Part shown: positions 8,661-18,718 of the stretch, piece after piece
Layout of the letters: every line of letters begins with the position of its first letter
Position numbering within the stretch: position 1 is the stretch's first letter
From: Thermoleophilaceae bacterium
GTDB lineage: Bacteria > Actinomycetota > Thermoleophilia > Solirubrobacterales > Thermoleophilaceae
NCBI GenBank assembly: GCA_035641775.1
Contig: DASQTS010000127.1
Span: forward strand, 1 to 35,592
Length of the DNA stretch: 35,592 nt
Direction: 5' to 3'
The notes under the pieces: model-generated
What the model saw: the letters and a program-made list of their open reading frames with translations, nothing else
What the model was told of the DNA's origin: nothing
Database searches by the model: none
Position numbers and translations under genes: made by a program

Positions 8661-9535
8661 GCCGAGCGGCGTCGCGTGGTGCTGCCGCGACGGGTGCCAG
8701 TGCCGGTCCGGCGCCGCCCGCCGCTCTTCGGAGCGGGCTCGAAGCATTCCTCCACGAAGCTCAGGATCTCGCCGGTCAGCCGCTCCGGGGTGAGCCGCAG
8801 CTCGAGGATCGACGACGCCTCCACGAGCCGAGCGTTCGGCAACTCACGGACGAGCATGTCGGAGTCGGAGAACGGGTGGATCGGGTCGCGGGAGTGGCCG
8901 ATGACCAGCGTCGGCTGGGTCATCTGCTTCCGCTGGTCTCGCGGCGGGGCGACGCGGCCGTAGAAGAGCCCCTGGAGCACGGATGCCGACGGCTTCGGGT
9001 CCTGGCTCATCCAGTCGAGCACCAGGTCTCCGAGGTGAGAGCTGCCGCGCGGGACCATCCGAGCGCCCGCTCCGATCAGCCGGGCGACCGGAGCGCCGAA
9101 CGTCAGTCCCACCAGCAGCGGCGTGAAGGCGATCGCGCATCCGAGCAGGGCGTTGTCCAGCACCGGCATCTCGATCAGCATCCCGCTGACCCGCTCGGGC
9201 GCCGCGGCGGCCGCCTCGAGTGTCGTGTTCGCTCCGAGCGAGGTCCCGCCGACAACCGCCTTGTCGACGCCGGCGTGGTCCAGCAGCGCGATCGCCTGGC
9301 GCCCGAAGATGCTCATGTTGTAGTTCCACAGCTCCTCCGGGCGGGCGGAGTCGCCGTGGCCGAGCACGTCCAGGGAGAGCACGCGATGGCCCCCGTCCGC
9401 CAGCTCCTCGGCGAGCGGCTGGTGCATCTTGCGCGAGAACAGGAGGCCCGGCAGCAGGACCACGACCTTGTCGCCCTTGCCGTACTCGTCGTAGACGAGC
9501 CGGTGCCCTTCGAATTCAAAGCTTCGCGTGAGCAT
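8657..9535 (-). CDS. alpha/beta fold hydrolase
   Basis: Track ORF 8657..10030 trimmed to ATG 9535, giving 'MLTRSFEFEGHRLVYDEYGKGDKVVVLLPGLLFSRKMH...LGHGDS...GGTSLGANT' (nucleophile elbow G-x-S-x-G). The upstream part of the track ORF is antisense to coxS. Confidence 0.8.
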   Translation of the reverse strand: MLTRSFEFEGHRLVYDEYGKGDKVVVLLPGLLFSRKMHQPLAEELADGGHRVLSLDVLGHGDSARPEELWNYNMSIFGRQAIALLDHAGVDKAVVGGTSLGANTTLEAAAAAPERVSGMLIEMPVLDNALLGCAIAFTPLLVGLTFGAPVARLIGAGARMVPRGSSHLGDLVLDWMSQDPKPSASVLQGLFYGRVAPPRDQRKQMTQPTLVIGHSRDPIHPFSDSDMLVRELPNARLVEASSILELRLTPERLTGEILSFVEECFEPAPKSGGRRRTGTGTRRGSTTRRRSA

Positions 9536-9601
9536 TGCGGCCCACAATAGCCGCGCATTAGCATCAGGAGCGCAGGAGAAGACGACCCGGAGGGGAGTCG
9601 T

Positions 9602-10077
<476 letters not shown>

Positions 10078-10081
<4 letters not shown>

Positions 10082-12540
10082 CCACGTCCGTCGGCACGTC
10101 CATGCGGCGCAAGGAGGACCCCCGGATGATCACCGGCCGGGCGCGCTACACCGAGGACATCAACCTGCCGGGGATGCTCCACGCGGTGGTCGTGCGCTCA
10201 CCGGAGGCGCACGCGGCGATCACCTCCATCGACACGTCGGCCGCGCGCGAGCGCGACGGCGTGATCGCCGTCCTGACGGGCGAGGACATGGCGAGCGACT
10301 TCGCCGGTCCGCTGCCCATGGTGTGGGCGCCACCCGGGGTCGAGATCAAGACGCCGGAGCACTGGCCGCTGAAGCGGGGGCAGGTGAAGCACGTGGGCGA
10401 CCCGGTTGCGGTCGTCGTGGCGACCACGCGGCACGCCGCCGTGGATGCGGCGGAGGACGTGATCGTGGACTACGAGCCGCGGCCCGCGGTCGTGGACCCC
10501 GAGGCCGCGCTCGAGGCGGGCTCTCCGCTCGTGTGGGAGGAGTTCGGCACGAACAAGATTCACGAGTGGGCCATCGGGGGCGGCGACGTCGATGCCGGCA
10601 TGGCGGAGGCCGAGGTCACCGTCGAGCACCGCTTCGTTAACCACCGCACCTCCGGCGCGCCGATCGAGCCGCGCTGCTCGATCGCAGAGCAGCGCGGCGA
10701 CAAGCTCACGCTCTACTCCACCACGCAGATCCCGCACATCGCGCGCTTCGTGTTCTCGGGGATGCTCGGCATCCCGGAGGACCAGCTGCGCGTGATCGCG
10801 CCCGACGTGGGCGGCGGCTTCGGCGCGAAGCTCCAGACCTACGCCGAGGAGGCGCTGGTGCTCGCGCTCGCCAAACGGCTCGGGCGCCCGGTGAAGTGGG
10901 TCGAGACGCGCACGGAGCACATGACCACGAGCCACCACGGCCGCGATCAGGTCAACTACGTGACGCTCGGCGCGAAGCGCGACGGCACCTTGACGGCGCT
11001 GAAGGTGCGGATCATCGCGGACCTCGGCGCCTACCAGCACCTGCTCACGCCGTTCATCCCGGAGCTGGGCTTCCCGGTGATGGGCGGGTGCTACCGCATC
11101 CCGAACATCGACCTGCACTTCACGGGCGTGTTCACCAACAAGATGGCCACGGACGCGGTCCGCGGCGCGGGCCGCCCGGAGGCGACCTACTGGATCGAGC
11201 TGACGATGGACCGGCTCGCGGACGATCTGGGGATGGACCGCCTCGAGCTGCGGCGGAAGAACTTCATCCCGAAGGAGGAGTTCCCGTTCGAGACGGCGCT
11301 CGGAATCGTTTACGACTCGGGCGACTACCACGGTTCGCTCGACCGGCTGCTCGAGCACTTCGACCTCGACGAGTTCCGGGCGGAGCAGGCGCGGCTCCGC
11401 GGGGAGGGGGTCCTGCGGGGCGTGGGCTTCTCCACCTACGTGGAGGTCTGCGGGCTCGCCCCGTCGCGCGCCGTGGGGCCGCAGGGCGTGGGCCTCCAGG
11501 CGGCGTTCTGGGAGTCCGCGAACGTGCGCGTCACGCCCACCGGCTCGGCGATCGTCTACACCGGCACCTCGCCGCACGGCCAGGGGCTCGACACGAGTTT
11601 CGCCCAGATCGCGGGCGACATACTCGGGATCGACCCGCAGAACGTGGATGTGCACCACGGCGACACCGACCAGGGCACCTGGGGCTGGGACACCTACGGC
11701 TCCCGCTCGCTGGCGGTGGGCGGCGAGGCGATCGTGCGCGCGGCGCAGCGGGTGCAGGACAAGGCGAAGCGCATCTGCGCGGCGCTGCTCGAGGCGGCGC
11801 CCGAGGACATCGAGTTGAGCGGCGGCAAGTACCAGGTGCGCGGCTCGCCAGACCGCTCGATGACGATGGCGGAGATCTCGGGCGCGGCGCACATCCCCCC
11901 GAACGAGCTGCCGGCGGACATCGAGCCGGGACTCGAGGAGAGCGCCTTTTACGACCCGGAGAACTTCGTGTTCCCCTTCGGCGCGCACGCGTGCGTGGTG
12001 GAGGTCGATGCGGAGACCGGGAAGGTGCAGGTGGTGCGCTACCTCGCGGTGGACGACTGCGGCCCTGCGATCAACCCGATGCTGATCGACGGCCAGATCC
12101 ACGGCGGGATCGTGCACGCGATCGGCCAGGCTCTCTACGAGCAGGTGGTCTACGACGAGGGCGGCCAGCTCGTGACCGGCACGTTCGTGGACTACGCGTT
12201 GCCCACGGCGGCGGAGGTGCCGCCCTTCGAGACGGACCGCACGGAGACGCCCTCACCGGTGAACACGCTCGGCGTGAAGGGGATCGGCGAGGCGGGCACG
12301 ATCGCCGCGACGCCGGCCGTGGCGGCGGCGGTGCTCGACGCGCTGCGGCCGCTCGGCGTCACCGAGCTCGACATGCCGATGACGCCGATGCGCGTGTGGC
12401 AGGCGATTCAGGCGGCCGGCAACGGCGGGCGCCCGAGCGCCGCCCCGCGCGACACCGAGCAGAGCCGCTCGCTCGACGAGCAGGGCAAGGGCAGCGCCGG
12501 AAGCGGCCCGGCCGTTCCGCCGGAAGGAGGTGCCGCATGA
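10078..12540 (+). CDS. coxL: molybdopterin-binding large subunit, form-II CoxL-like (xanthine dehydrogenase family)
   Basis: Track ORF 9904..12540 trimmed to ATG 10078, giving '[28 protein letters not shown]', the typical N-terminus. The active-site loop reads '[13 protein letters not shown]' (form-II-type AYRGAGR-like, not form-I AYXCSFR). About 50 aa of low-complexity C-terminal tail. Confidence 0.9.
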
Positions 12541-13382
12541 TCACCGCACCGTTCGACTACGAGGCGCCAGAGTCGGTCGAGGAGGCCGTCCGCATGCTCC
12601 ACGAGAACGGCGAGGACGCGAAGCTGCTGGCCGGCGGCCATTCGCTCCTGCCGCTCATGAAGGTGCGGCTCGCGGCGCCGACCGTGCTGGTCGACCTCCG
12701 CAAGATCCCCGGCCTGCACGGGATCCAGCAGGACAACGGCGGCTGGCGCATCGGCCCGATGACCCGCCACGCCGAACTCGAGAACGCCACCGAGCTCGGC
12801 GTGGTGGCGCGCGCGGCGTCCGAGATCGCGGACCAGCAGGTGAGAAACCGCGGGACGATCGGCGGCTCGCTGGCGCACGGCGACCCGGCGTCGGACCTCC
12901 CCACGGTGCTGCTGGCTCTCGAGGGGTCGGTCAGGGCCCGAGGCCCGAACGGCGAGCGGACGATTGCGGCGGCGGAGCTGTTCCGGGACTACCTCACCAC
13001 CGCGCTCGCGCACGACGAGGTGATCACGGACGTGCGCCTGCCCGCGCTCGAGGGCTACGGCTTCGGCTACCAGAAGTTCACGCGGCGGGCGGAGGACTGG
13101 GCGATGGTCGGCGTGTGCGCGCTCGTGAGCCGCGCACCCGACGGCACCTGCGACGACGTCCGGGTCGGGCTCACTCATATGGGCGCGACCCCGCTGCGGG
13201 CGACCGCGGCCGAGGACGCCCTGCGCGGCTCGGGTCTCGACGACGCTGCGATCGCCGGCGCCGCCGAGCACGCGGCGGACGGGACCGACCCGCCGGGCGA
13301 CCTGAACGCGACGCCGGACTACAAGCGCCACCTCGCACGGGTGCTCACGCGCCGCGCGCTCGACGAGGCTGTGAGCGTCTGA
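12537..13382 (+). CDS. coxM: FAD-binding medium subunit (CoxM-like)
   Basis: In-frame ATG 12537 within track ORF 10896..13382. '[48 protein letters not shown]' is the canonical FAD_binding_5 start. ATGA overlap with the coxL stop. Confidence 0.9.
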   Translation: MITAPFDYEAPESVEEAVRMLHENGEDAKLLAGGHSLLPLMKVRLAAPTVLVDLRKIPGLHGIQQDNGGWRIGPMTRHAELENATELGVVARAASEIADQQVRNRGTIGGSLAHGDPASDLPTVLLALEGSVRARGPNGERTIAAAELFRDYLTTALAHDEVITDVRLPALEGYGFGYQKFTRRAEDWAMVGVCALVSRAPDGTCDDVRVGLTHMGATPLRATAAEDALRGSGLDDAAIAGAAEHAADGTDPPGDLNATPDYKRHLARVLTRRALDEAVSV

Positions 13383-14203
13383 AGCCCGACGCGCCCGAAG
13401 CCGTACGAGAGGCCTTGGCGGGCGAGCGCTACCTCGCCGACCGGGGCCTCTCGACAGCCGTCTTCCTCGCGACGACGCTCGAGCAGCCGCTGCTCCTGGA
13501 GGGTGAGGCCGGGGTGGGGAAGACCGAGGTCGCCAAGGCGCTCGCGGCCGCAACGGGAGCGCGCCTGATCCGCCTCCAGTGCCACGAGGGGATCGACATC
13601 CATCACGCGCTGTACGACTGGGACTATCCGCGCCAGCTGCTCCACCTGCGGGCGGGCGAGGAGGAGCCGCTCTACTCAGAGCACTTCCTGCTGCGCCGGC
13701 CGCTGCTCGAGGCGCTCCAGGCGACCGAGCCGGTCGTGCTGCTGATCGACGAGGTCGACCGCGCCGACGACGAGTTCGAGGCCTTTCTGCTCGAGTTCCT
13801 GTCGGACTTCCAGGTGTCCATCCCGGAGCTGGGCACCGTCCTCGCGGAGCGCCGGCCGGTCGTGGTGATGACCTCGAACCGGACGCGCGAGCTGCACGAC
13901 GCTCTGAAGCGGCGCTGCCTCTACCACTGGATCGACTACCCCACGGCCGAGCGCGAGGTGGAGATCGTGCACGCGCGCCTGCCGCGGGTGCCGGACGAGA
14001 TCGCGGAGCGCGTCTGCGCCGCGGTCGCCCGCCTGCGCGGGGAGGAGCTCTACAAGCTGCCGGGCGTCGGCGAGACGATCGCGTGGGCGCAGGCGCTGCT
14101 GGTGCTTGAGGACGCGGACCTGGACGAGACGCTCGGCGTCGTGCTGAAGGTGCGCGAGGACATCGAGCGGGTGCGCGAGCGCGAGGTGCTGCGGGGTGCG
14201 TGA
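13379..14203 (+). CDS. coxD: MoxR-type AAA+ ATPase (CoxD-like maturation factor)
   Basis: Walker A 'LLLEGEAGVGKTE', Walker B 'VLLIDEVDRA' and the MoxR-like C-terminus. Start is uncertain: CTG 13379 gives a CTGA overlap with the coxM stop, matching the cluster pattern, and TTG 13415 is the next conventional option. Confidence 0.8.
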   Translation: MKPDAPEAVREALAGERYLADRGLSTAVFLATTLEQPLLLEGEAGVGKTEVAKALAAATGARLIRLQCHEGIDIHHALYDWDYPRQLLHLRAGEEEPLYSEHFLLRRPLLEALQATEPVVLLIDEVDRADDEFEAFLLEFLSDFQVSIPELGTVLAERRPVVVMTSNRTRELHDALKRRCLYHWIDYPTAEREVEIVHARLPRVPDEIAERVCAAVARLRGEELYKLPGVGETIAWAQALLVLEDADLDETLGVVLKVREDIERVREREVLRGA

Positions 14204-15341
14204 GAAGCCGGGCATCCGCCTCACCGGCAGGCTCGCGCTGCTCGCGGCGTCCATGCGCGCCGCCGGCGCTCGGGTTGGCGTCGACGAGCTGCTCGCCGCC
14301 CATCGCGCGCTCTCGGCCGTCGACCCCGCCGACCGCCGCGACGCCTACTTCGCCCTCAGGGCCACGTTGTGCTCACGGCGCGACGACTTCGTGGCCTTCG
14401 ACGCAGCGTTCGCGGAGCTGTTCGCGCCACCCCTCCAGCAGGCGCCGGAGCTACCCGACGCGCTCGAACCGGCCGCTCTCGTGCTTCCGCGCGTGGCCGT
14501 CCCAGCGGAGGAGCGCGCCATCCCATCGCCCGGCGAGGCGGACGTCGTGCCCTCCGCGTGGTCAGACGCCGAGCTGCTGCGGGACAAGGACTTCGCCGAC
14601 TACACGGACGCGGAGCGCCGCCTCGCCCGCGGCGTGATGCGACGCTTGGCCCGCGCCGGGCCCACGCGCGCCAGTCGGCGCACCCGCCCCGCCCGCCGGC
14701 GCGGAGCGCCGCCGCATGCCGCGCGGCCGGACCTCCGCCGGACCATCCGCTCGTCCCTGCGCACGCAGGGCGACCCGCTCGAGCGGCACTGGCGCGAGCC
14801 CTCCAACCGCCCCCGCCAGCTCGTGCTGGTCTGCGACGTCTCGGGCTCGATGGAGCCCTACGCGCGCATGCTGCTGCAGTACATGCAGGCGTGCGTCGCA
14901 GCCCGCCGGCGCGTGGAGGCGTTCGTGTTCGGCACACGCCTGACTCGCGTCACCGGCGAGCTGGGGGGACGAGATCCCGACCTCGCGCTTGGCCGCGCCG
15001 CCGGAGCCGCGGACGACTGGTCGGGCGGCACCCGCATCGGCGAGGCGCTCTCCGCGCTCAACCGCGAGCACGGCCGCAGAGTTGGCCGCGGCGCGATCGT
15101 CGTCGTGCTCTCGGACGGCTGGGACCGTGGCGACCCCGACGAGCTCGCGGCCGAAATGGAGCGCCTGCGCCGCTGCGCGGACAGCCTCATCTGGCTCAAC
15201 CCGCTGAAGGCCCATCCCGACTACGAGCCGCTCACGAGGGGCATGCAGGCCGCGCTCCCGCACGTGGACCATTTCCTGTCCGGCAACTCGCTGTCATCCT
15301 TGGGAGAGTTGGCGGATCTCATGGAAGGGGGGCTCGAGTGA
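14196..15341 (+). CDS. coxE: VWA domain protein, CoxE family
   Basis: MIDAS-type 'LVLVCDVSGSMEPY', followed by 'VVVLSDGWDRGDP' and 'LIWLNPL' as in CoxE/VWA_CoxE proteins. 8-nt overlap with coxD. Confidence 0.8.
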   Translation: MREKPGIRLTGRLALLAASMRAAGARVGVDELLAAHRALSAVDPADRRDAYFALRATLCSRRDDFVAFDAAFAELFAPPLQQAPELPDALEPAALVLPRVAVPAEERAIPSPGEADVVPSAWSDAELLRDKDFADYTDAERRLARGVMRRLARAGPTRASRRTRPARRRGAPPHAARPDLRRTIRSSLRTQGDPLERHWREPSNRPRQLVLVCDVSGSMEPYARMLLQYMQACVAARRRVEAFVFGTRLTRVTGELGGRDPDLALGRAAGAADDWSGGTRIGEALSALNREHGRRVGRGAIVVVLSDGWDRGDPDELAAEMERLRRCADSLIWLNPLKAHPDYEPLTRGMQAALPHVDHFLSGNSLSSLGELADLMEGGLE

Positions 15342-15652
15342 AGGACATACTCGACGACGTGCAGGCGTGGGTCGGTCGCGGCGACAGGGTGGCCATCGCG
15401 ACCGTCGTGGGGGTGAAACGCTCGGCCCCGCGTGCGCCCGGGGCGAAGATGGCGGTAAACGATCGCGGCGAGGTCTCGGGCGCCGTGTCGGGCGGTTGCG
15501 TCGAGGGCGCGGTGGTCGAGGCGGCGGGCGAGGTGCTCCGCGGCGACGCGCCGAAGCTCCTCCACTTCGGCATCGCCGACAGCGAGGCCTGGGACGTCGG
15601 GCTCCCCTGCGGCGGCGAGATCGACGTGTTCGTCGAGGAGTTCGGGGCTTGA
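15338..15652 (+). CDS. XdhC/CoxI-family protein, N-terminal domain only (104 aa)
   Basis: GTG 15338 (GTGA overlap with the coxE stop). 'VAIATVVGVKRSAPRAPGAKMAVNDRGEVSGAVSGGCVEGAV' matches the XdhC_CoxI N-domain, including the SGGC motif. Confidence 0.75.
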   Translation: MKDILDDVQAWVGRGDRVAIATVVGVKRSAPRAPGAKMAVNDRGEVSGAVSGGCVEGAVVEAAGEVLRGDAPKLLHFGIADSEAWDVGLPCGGEIDVFVEEFGA

Positions 15653-16416
15653 GCGCGCAGTCCGAGTTCGCCGGGATAGCGGGCGAGGACGGCCGTGCGG
15701 CACTCGTGACGGTCATCGCGGGCGGCGACGTGGGCGCCAAGCTGCTCGTGCGCGCGGACGGCAGCACCGAGGGCACGCTAGGCGCCGACGAGCTCGACCG
15801 CGCCGCTGTCGAGGCGGCCGAGGAGCTGCTCTGGGCGGAGCGCTCCGAGACACGGGCGGCAGGGGAGGCGACGCTCTTCGTGGACGTGGTCGCGCCCGCG
15901 CCGCGGCTCGTGATCTTCGGCGCTGTGGACTATGCGGCCTCGCTTGCGCGGCTCGCCCGCGCCGCCGGCTGGCGCCCGTTTGTGTCCGACCCGCGCTCGC
16001 AGTTCGCTACCGCCGCGCGCTTCCCGGACGCCGAGGAGGTGATCGCCGCCTGGCCCGAGGAGGCCTTCGCCCGCCTCGGCGGGATCGACCGCGCGACGTT
16101 CATCGCCGTGCTCACCCACGACCCCAAGCTGGACGACGCTGCGCTCACGATCGCGCTTCGCTCCGACGCCGCCTACGTCGGCGCGATGGGCAGCAGGCGC
16201 GCCCAGGCGCAGCGCCGGGAGCGCCTGCTCGCCGCCGGCATCGACGAGGAGCTGCTCGAGCGCATCGCCGCACCGATCGGGTTGGACCTCGGCGCCGTGA
16301 GTCCTGAGGAGACGGCGCTCTCGATCATGGCGGAGGTCGTCGCCGTCAGGAACGGCCGGGAGGGCGGCCGCCTCTCGCACGCCCGGGGCGGCCGCATCCA
16401 CGAGGTGGGCGCGTGA
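15649..16416 (+). CDS. XdhC-family Moco insertion chaperone (degenerate N-domain plus Rossmann-like XdhC_C)
   Basis: TTG 15649 (TTGA overlap). 'RLVIFGAVDYAASLARLARAAGWRPFVSDPR...FIAVLTHDPKLDDAAL...AYVGAMGSRR' is the XdhC_C signature. The N-domain lacks the SGGC cysteine. Confidence 0.8.
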   Translation: MSAQSEFAGIAGEDGRAALVTVIAGGDVGAKLLVRADGSTEGTLGADELDRAAVEAAEELLWAERSETRAAGEATLFVDVVAPAPRLVIFGAVDYAASLARLARAAGWRPFVSDPRSQFATAARFPDAEEVIAAWPEEAFARLGGIDRATFIAVLTHDPKLDDAALTIALRSDAAYVGAMGSRRAQAQRRERLLAAGIDEELLERIAAPIGLDLGAVSPEETALSIMAEVVAVRNGREGGRLSHARGGRIHEVGA

Positions 16417-17006
16417 TCGCGGGTCTCGTGCTCGCGGCCGGCGCGGCCACCCGCTTCGGGGGCCCCAAGCAGCTCGCCGAGCTCGACGGCAGGCCGCTGC
16501 TCGAGCACGCGCTTCGCGCGATGGCCGCGGCGCCGGTGGACCGCGTTGTCGTGGTGCTCGGCTCGGGAGCCGACGAGATCGTCGCCGGGGCGGACCTGCA
16601 CGGCGCCGACCCGCTCGTCTGCCCGCGCTGGGAGAAGGGGCAGGCGGCCTCGCTGGCGTGCGGCCTCGCCGCGCTGGCGGAGGCGGACGCCGTGGTCGTG
16701 ACGCTCGGCGACCAGCCGCGCATGTCGACCGACGCCATCCGCCGGGTGATCGAACGCCGGAACGGGGCCGCCGCCGTGCGCGCCACCTACGCGGGCGAGC
16801 CGGGCCACCCAGTCCTGCTCGAGAGCGAGCTGTTCGACCGCCTCCGGGACGTGAGCGGCGACCTCGGCGCGCGCAACCTGCTGATGAGCGTGCACGTGCA
16901 CGACGTGCCCTGCGACGACCTCGGCGGCGGCGAGGACGTGGACACCCCCGCCGAGCTCGACGCGCTGCGCGCCGGCGGCCCGGTCACGGGGAGCACGCTG
17001 CGATGA
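16413..17006 (+). CDS. mocA: MobA/MocA-like nucleotidyltransferase (molybdenum cofactor cytidylyl/guanylyl-transferase)
   Basis: 'MIAGLVLAAGAATRFGGPKQLAELDGRPLLEH' is the NTP_transf_3 glycine-rich start. GTGA overlap upstream and ATGA overlap downstream. Confidence 0.8.
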   Translation: MIAGLVLAAGAATRFGGPKQLAELDGRPLLEHALRAMAAAPVDRVVVVLGSGADEIVAGADLHGADPLVCPRWEKGQAASLACGLAALAEADAVVVTLGDQPRMSTDAIRRVIERRNGAAAVRATYAGEPGHPVLLESELFDRLRDVSGDLGARNLLMSVHVHDVPCDDLGGGEDVDTPAELDALRAGGPVTGSTLR

Positions 17007-17632
17007 AGCTCGAGCAGTCGTTCGACGTGCGCGCGCCGGTGGAGCGCGTCTGGGAGACGCTGGTGGACATCCAGCGGGTGGCGCCCTGCCTCCCCGGCGC
17101 CGAGATCACCGAGGCGGGCGAGGACGCCACCTACCGCGGCACCTTCAGCGTGCGGCTCGGCCCGACGACCGCCGCCTACCGCGGCGAGCTGAACATGGAG
17201 GAGCTGGACGAGGACGCGCGGCGGGTCGTGATGCGCGCGAGCGGACAGGACAAGCGCGGCCAGGGATCTGCGAAGGCGACGATCGTGAGCACTATGCGCG
17301 CGGAGGGCGACGTCACGACCGTGGACGTGAAGACCGACTTCACGATCACCGGCAGGCTTGCGCGCTTCGGGCGCGGCGGCATGATCGAGGACATCTCGAA
17401 CCGGCTGCTCCGCGAGTTCGCCGACTGCCTCCAGGCCAAGATCGAGGCGCCGCCGGCGGCCGAGCCGACCGTGCTCGACGCCGTTCTGGCCGCCACCCCG
17501 GAGGGCGCAGCCGCCGCGCCGCCCGCGGTGGGTGGGAGCAAGGCGCCCACCACCGCCAAACCGATCGGTGGGTTCTCGCTCTTCTTCCGGGCGCTACTCG
17601 ACCGGCTGCGGCGGCTGTTCAGCCGCACCTGA
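17003..17632 (+). CDS. coxG: SRPBCC-fold CoxG-family protein
   Basis: ATG 17003 within track ORF 16658..17632. 'MKLEQSFDVRAPVERVWETLVDIQRVAPCLPGAEI...GTFSVRLGP' is typical of CoxG/SRPBCC. Hydrophobic or amphipathic C-terminal tail. Confidence 0.8.
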   Translation: MKLEQSFDVRAPVERVWETLVDIQRVAPCLPGAEITEAGEDATYRGTFSVRLGPTTAAYRGELNMEELDEDARRVVMRASGQDKRGQGSAKATIVSTMRAEGDVTTVDVKTDFTITGRLARFGRGGMIEDISNRLLREFADCLQAKIEAPPAAEPTVLDAVLAATPEGAAAAPPAVGGSKAPTTAKPIGGFSLFFRALLDRLRRLFSRT

Positions 17633-18259
17633 CGGCAGCGCCCCGCGCAGCCAGCCGGGCAGCTCGCGGAGGAAGCCCGGGTCGATCGTGTGCGGCATCG
17701 GCGACTCGCGGTAGAACAGGTCCGCGCCCGCCTCGGCGAGACGGTCGCGCGCGTCGCGTCCGAACTCCACGGAGATGACCGGGTCGTGTGTGCCATGGCC
17801 GATCGCCACCGGCAGTCCGGCGGCCTTCGCGAGGTCGAGCTCGAAGCCCTCGACCTGAGGAAGAAAGCCGCTCAGCGCCATGATCCCGGCCGGCCGTGGC
17901 CTGTCCGCGCCGAGCCCGAGTGCGTACGACATCACCGATCCCTGCGAGAAGCCGCCGAGCACCAGGCGGTCGTGGGCGATGCCGTGCTCGGCGAGGATGC
18001 CGTCGAGCCAGCCGGTGAGCTCGGGGTAGGTCGCGTGGAAGGTCTCCGGATCGGGGTAGCCCACGCGCCGCACCACGTACCAGTGCGCGCCGCCCGGCGG
18101 AAGCGAGAGCGGGCCGCGGGCCGTGGCGCCGAGCAGGCGCCGCTCTGGGTCGAGGATGTCGAGCAGCGGAAACAGATCGTGCTCGTCAGCGCCCCGTCCG
18201 TGCAGGAGGACGAGGGCGCCCTCTGGCGTGTCGGCCGCTGGGCGGTACAATGATTGCAT
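17594..18259 (-). CDS. phospholipase/carboxylesterase family alpha/beta hydrolase (Abhydrolase_2)
   Basis: 'ALVLLHGRGADEHDLFPLLD...LGGFSQGSVMSYALGL...GHGTHDPVISVEFGR' shows the Ser-Asp-His arrangement. Start placed at ATG 18259 ('MQSLYRP'); the track alternative is 18319. The 3' end overlaps the convergent coxG by 39 nt. Confidence 0.75.
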   Translation of the reverse strand: MQSLYRPAADTPEGALVLLHGRGADEHDLFPLLDILDPERRLLGATARGPLSLPPGGAHWYVVRRVGYPDPETFHATYPELTGWLDGILAEHGIAHDRLVLGGFSQGSVMSYALGLGADRPRPAGIMALSGFLPQVEGFELDLAKAAGLPVAIGHGTHDPVISVEFGRDARDRLAEAGADLFYRESPMPHTIDPGFLRELPGWLRGALPSGAAEQPPQPVE

Positions 18260-18278
18260 CGGCAACCACTCTACAGCA

Positions 18279-18710
18279 GTGCTTCTAGACAAAGAGGAGC
18301 TGGCGGCATGGCGGGGCATGCTCCGCGCGCACGCCGCGCTTACGCGCGAGCTCGACGCGGAGCTTGTGCGCGACCACGATCTGCCGCTGTCGTCCTACGA
18401 GGTCCTGTTGTTTCTGAACGACTCCGAGGACGGCCGGATGCGCATGTCGGAGCTGGCCGATTCGGTGCTGCTCAGCCGCAGCGGCCTGACTCGGCTGGTG
18501 GACCGGCTCGAGCGGCAGGGGCTACTGAAGCGCGAGCGCTGCGAGAGCGACGCCCGGGGGCTGTTCGCGGAGATCACCCCTGAGGGCCGGCGGCTGTTCG
18601 ACACCGCCCGGCAGACCCATCTGGACGGAGTCCGCAAGCTGTTCCTTGGCCGCTTCTCACGCGCGGAGCTGCGGACGCTCGGGACGCTCTGGCAGAAGCT
18701 CGGCGACTGA
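18279..18710 (+). CDS. MarR family transcriptional regulator
   Basis: GTG 18279 within track ORF 18123..18710 gives a 143-aa product. 'LSSYEVLLFLNDSEDGRMRMSELADSVLLSRSGLTRLVDRLERQGLLKRERCESDARG' is a MarR winged-helix. Divergent from the esterase with about 19 bp between starts. Confidence 0.85.
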   Translation: MLLDKEELAAWRGMLRAHAALTRELDAELVRDHDLPLSSYEVLLFLNDSEDGRMRMSELADSVLLSRSGLTRLVDRLERQGLLKRERCESDARGLFAEITPEGRRLFDTARQTHLDGVRKLFLGRFSRAELRTLGTLWQKLGD

Positions 18711-18718
18711 AGGGCGTC

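Noticed and set aside
8661-8747. Longer N-terminus (start 8747) for the second DUF3105 protein, overlapping the hydrolase gene by 91 nt.
   Set aside because: The GTG at 8660 gives a standard lipoprotein signal peptide ('VSRRAFAVGLTLVALGGCG') and a GTGA overlap like other junctions in this window. The extension is Arg/His-rich.
10198-12117. 639-aa minus-strand ORF antisense to coxL. Similar long ORFs: 12408..14303(-), 1473..3050(+), 2509..4308(+), 5637..7178(+), 29208..31733(-), 30065..31885(+), 27058..28221(-), 21315..22499(+).
   Set aside because: All are extremely Arg/Ala/Pro/Gly/His-rich low-complexity translations lying opposite or out of frame to ORFs with clear family signatures. This is the usual shadow-ORF artefact of very GC-rich DNA.
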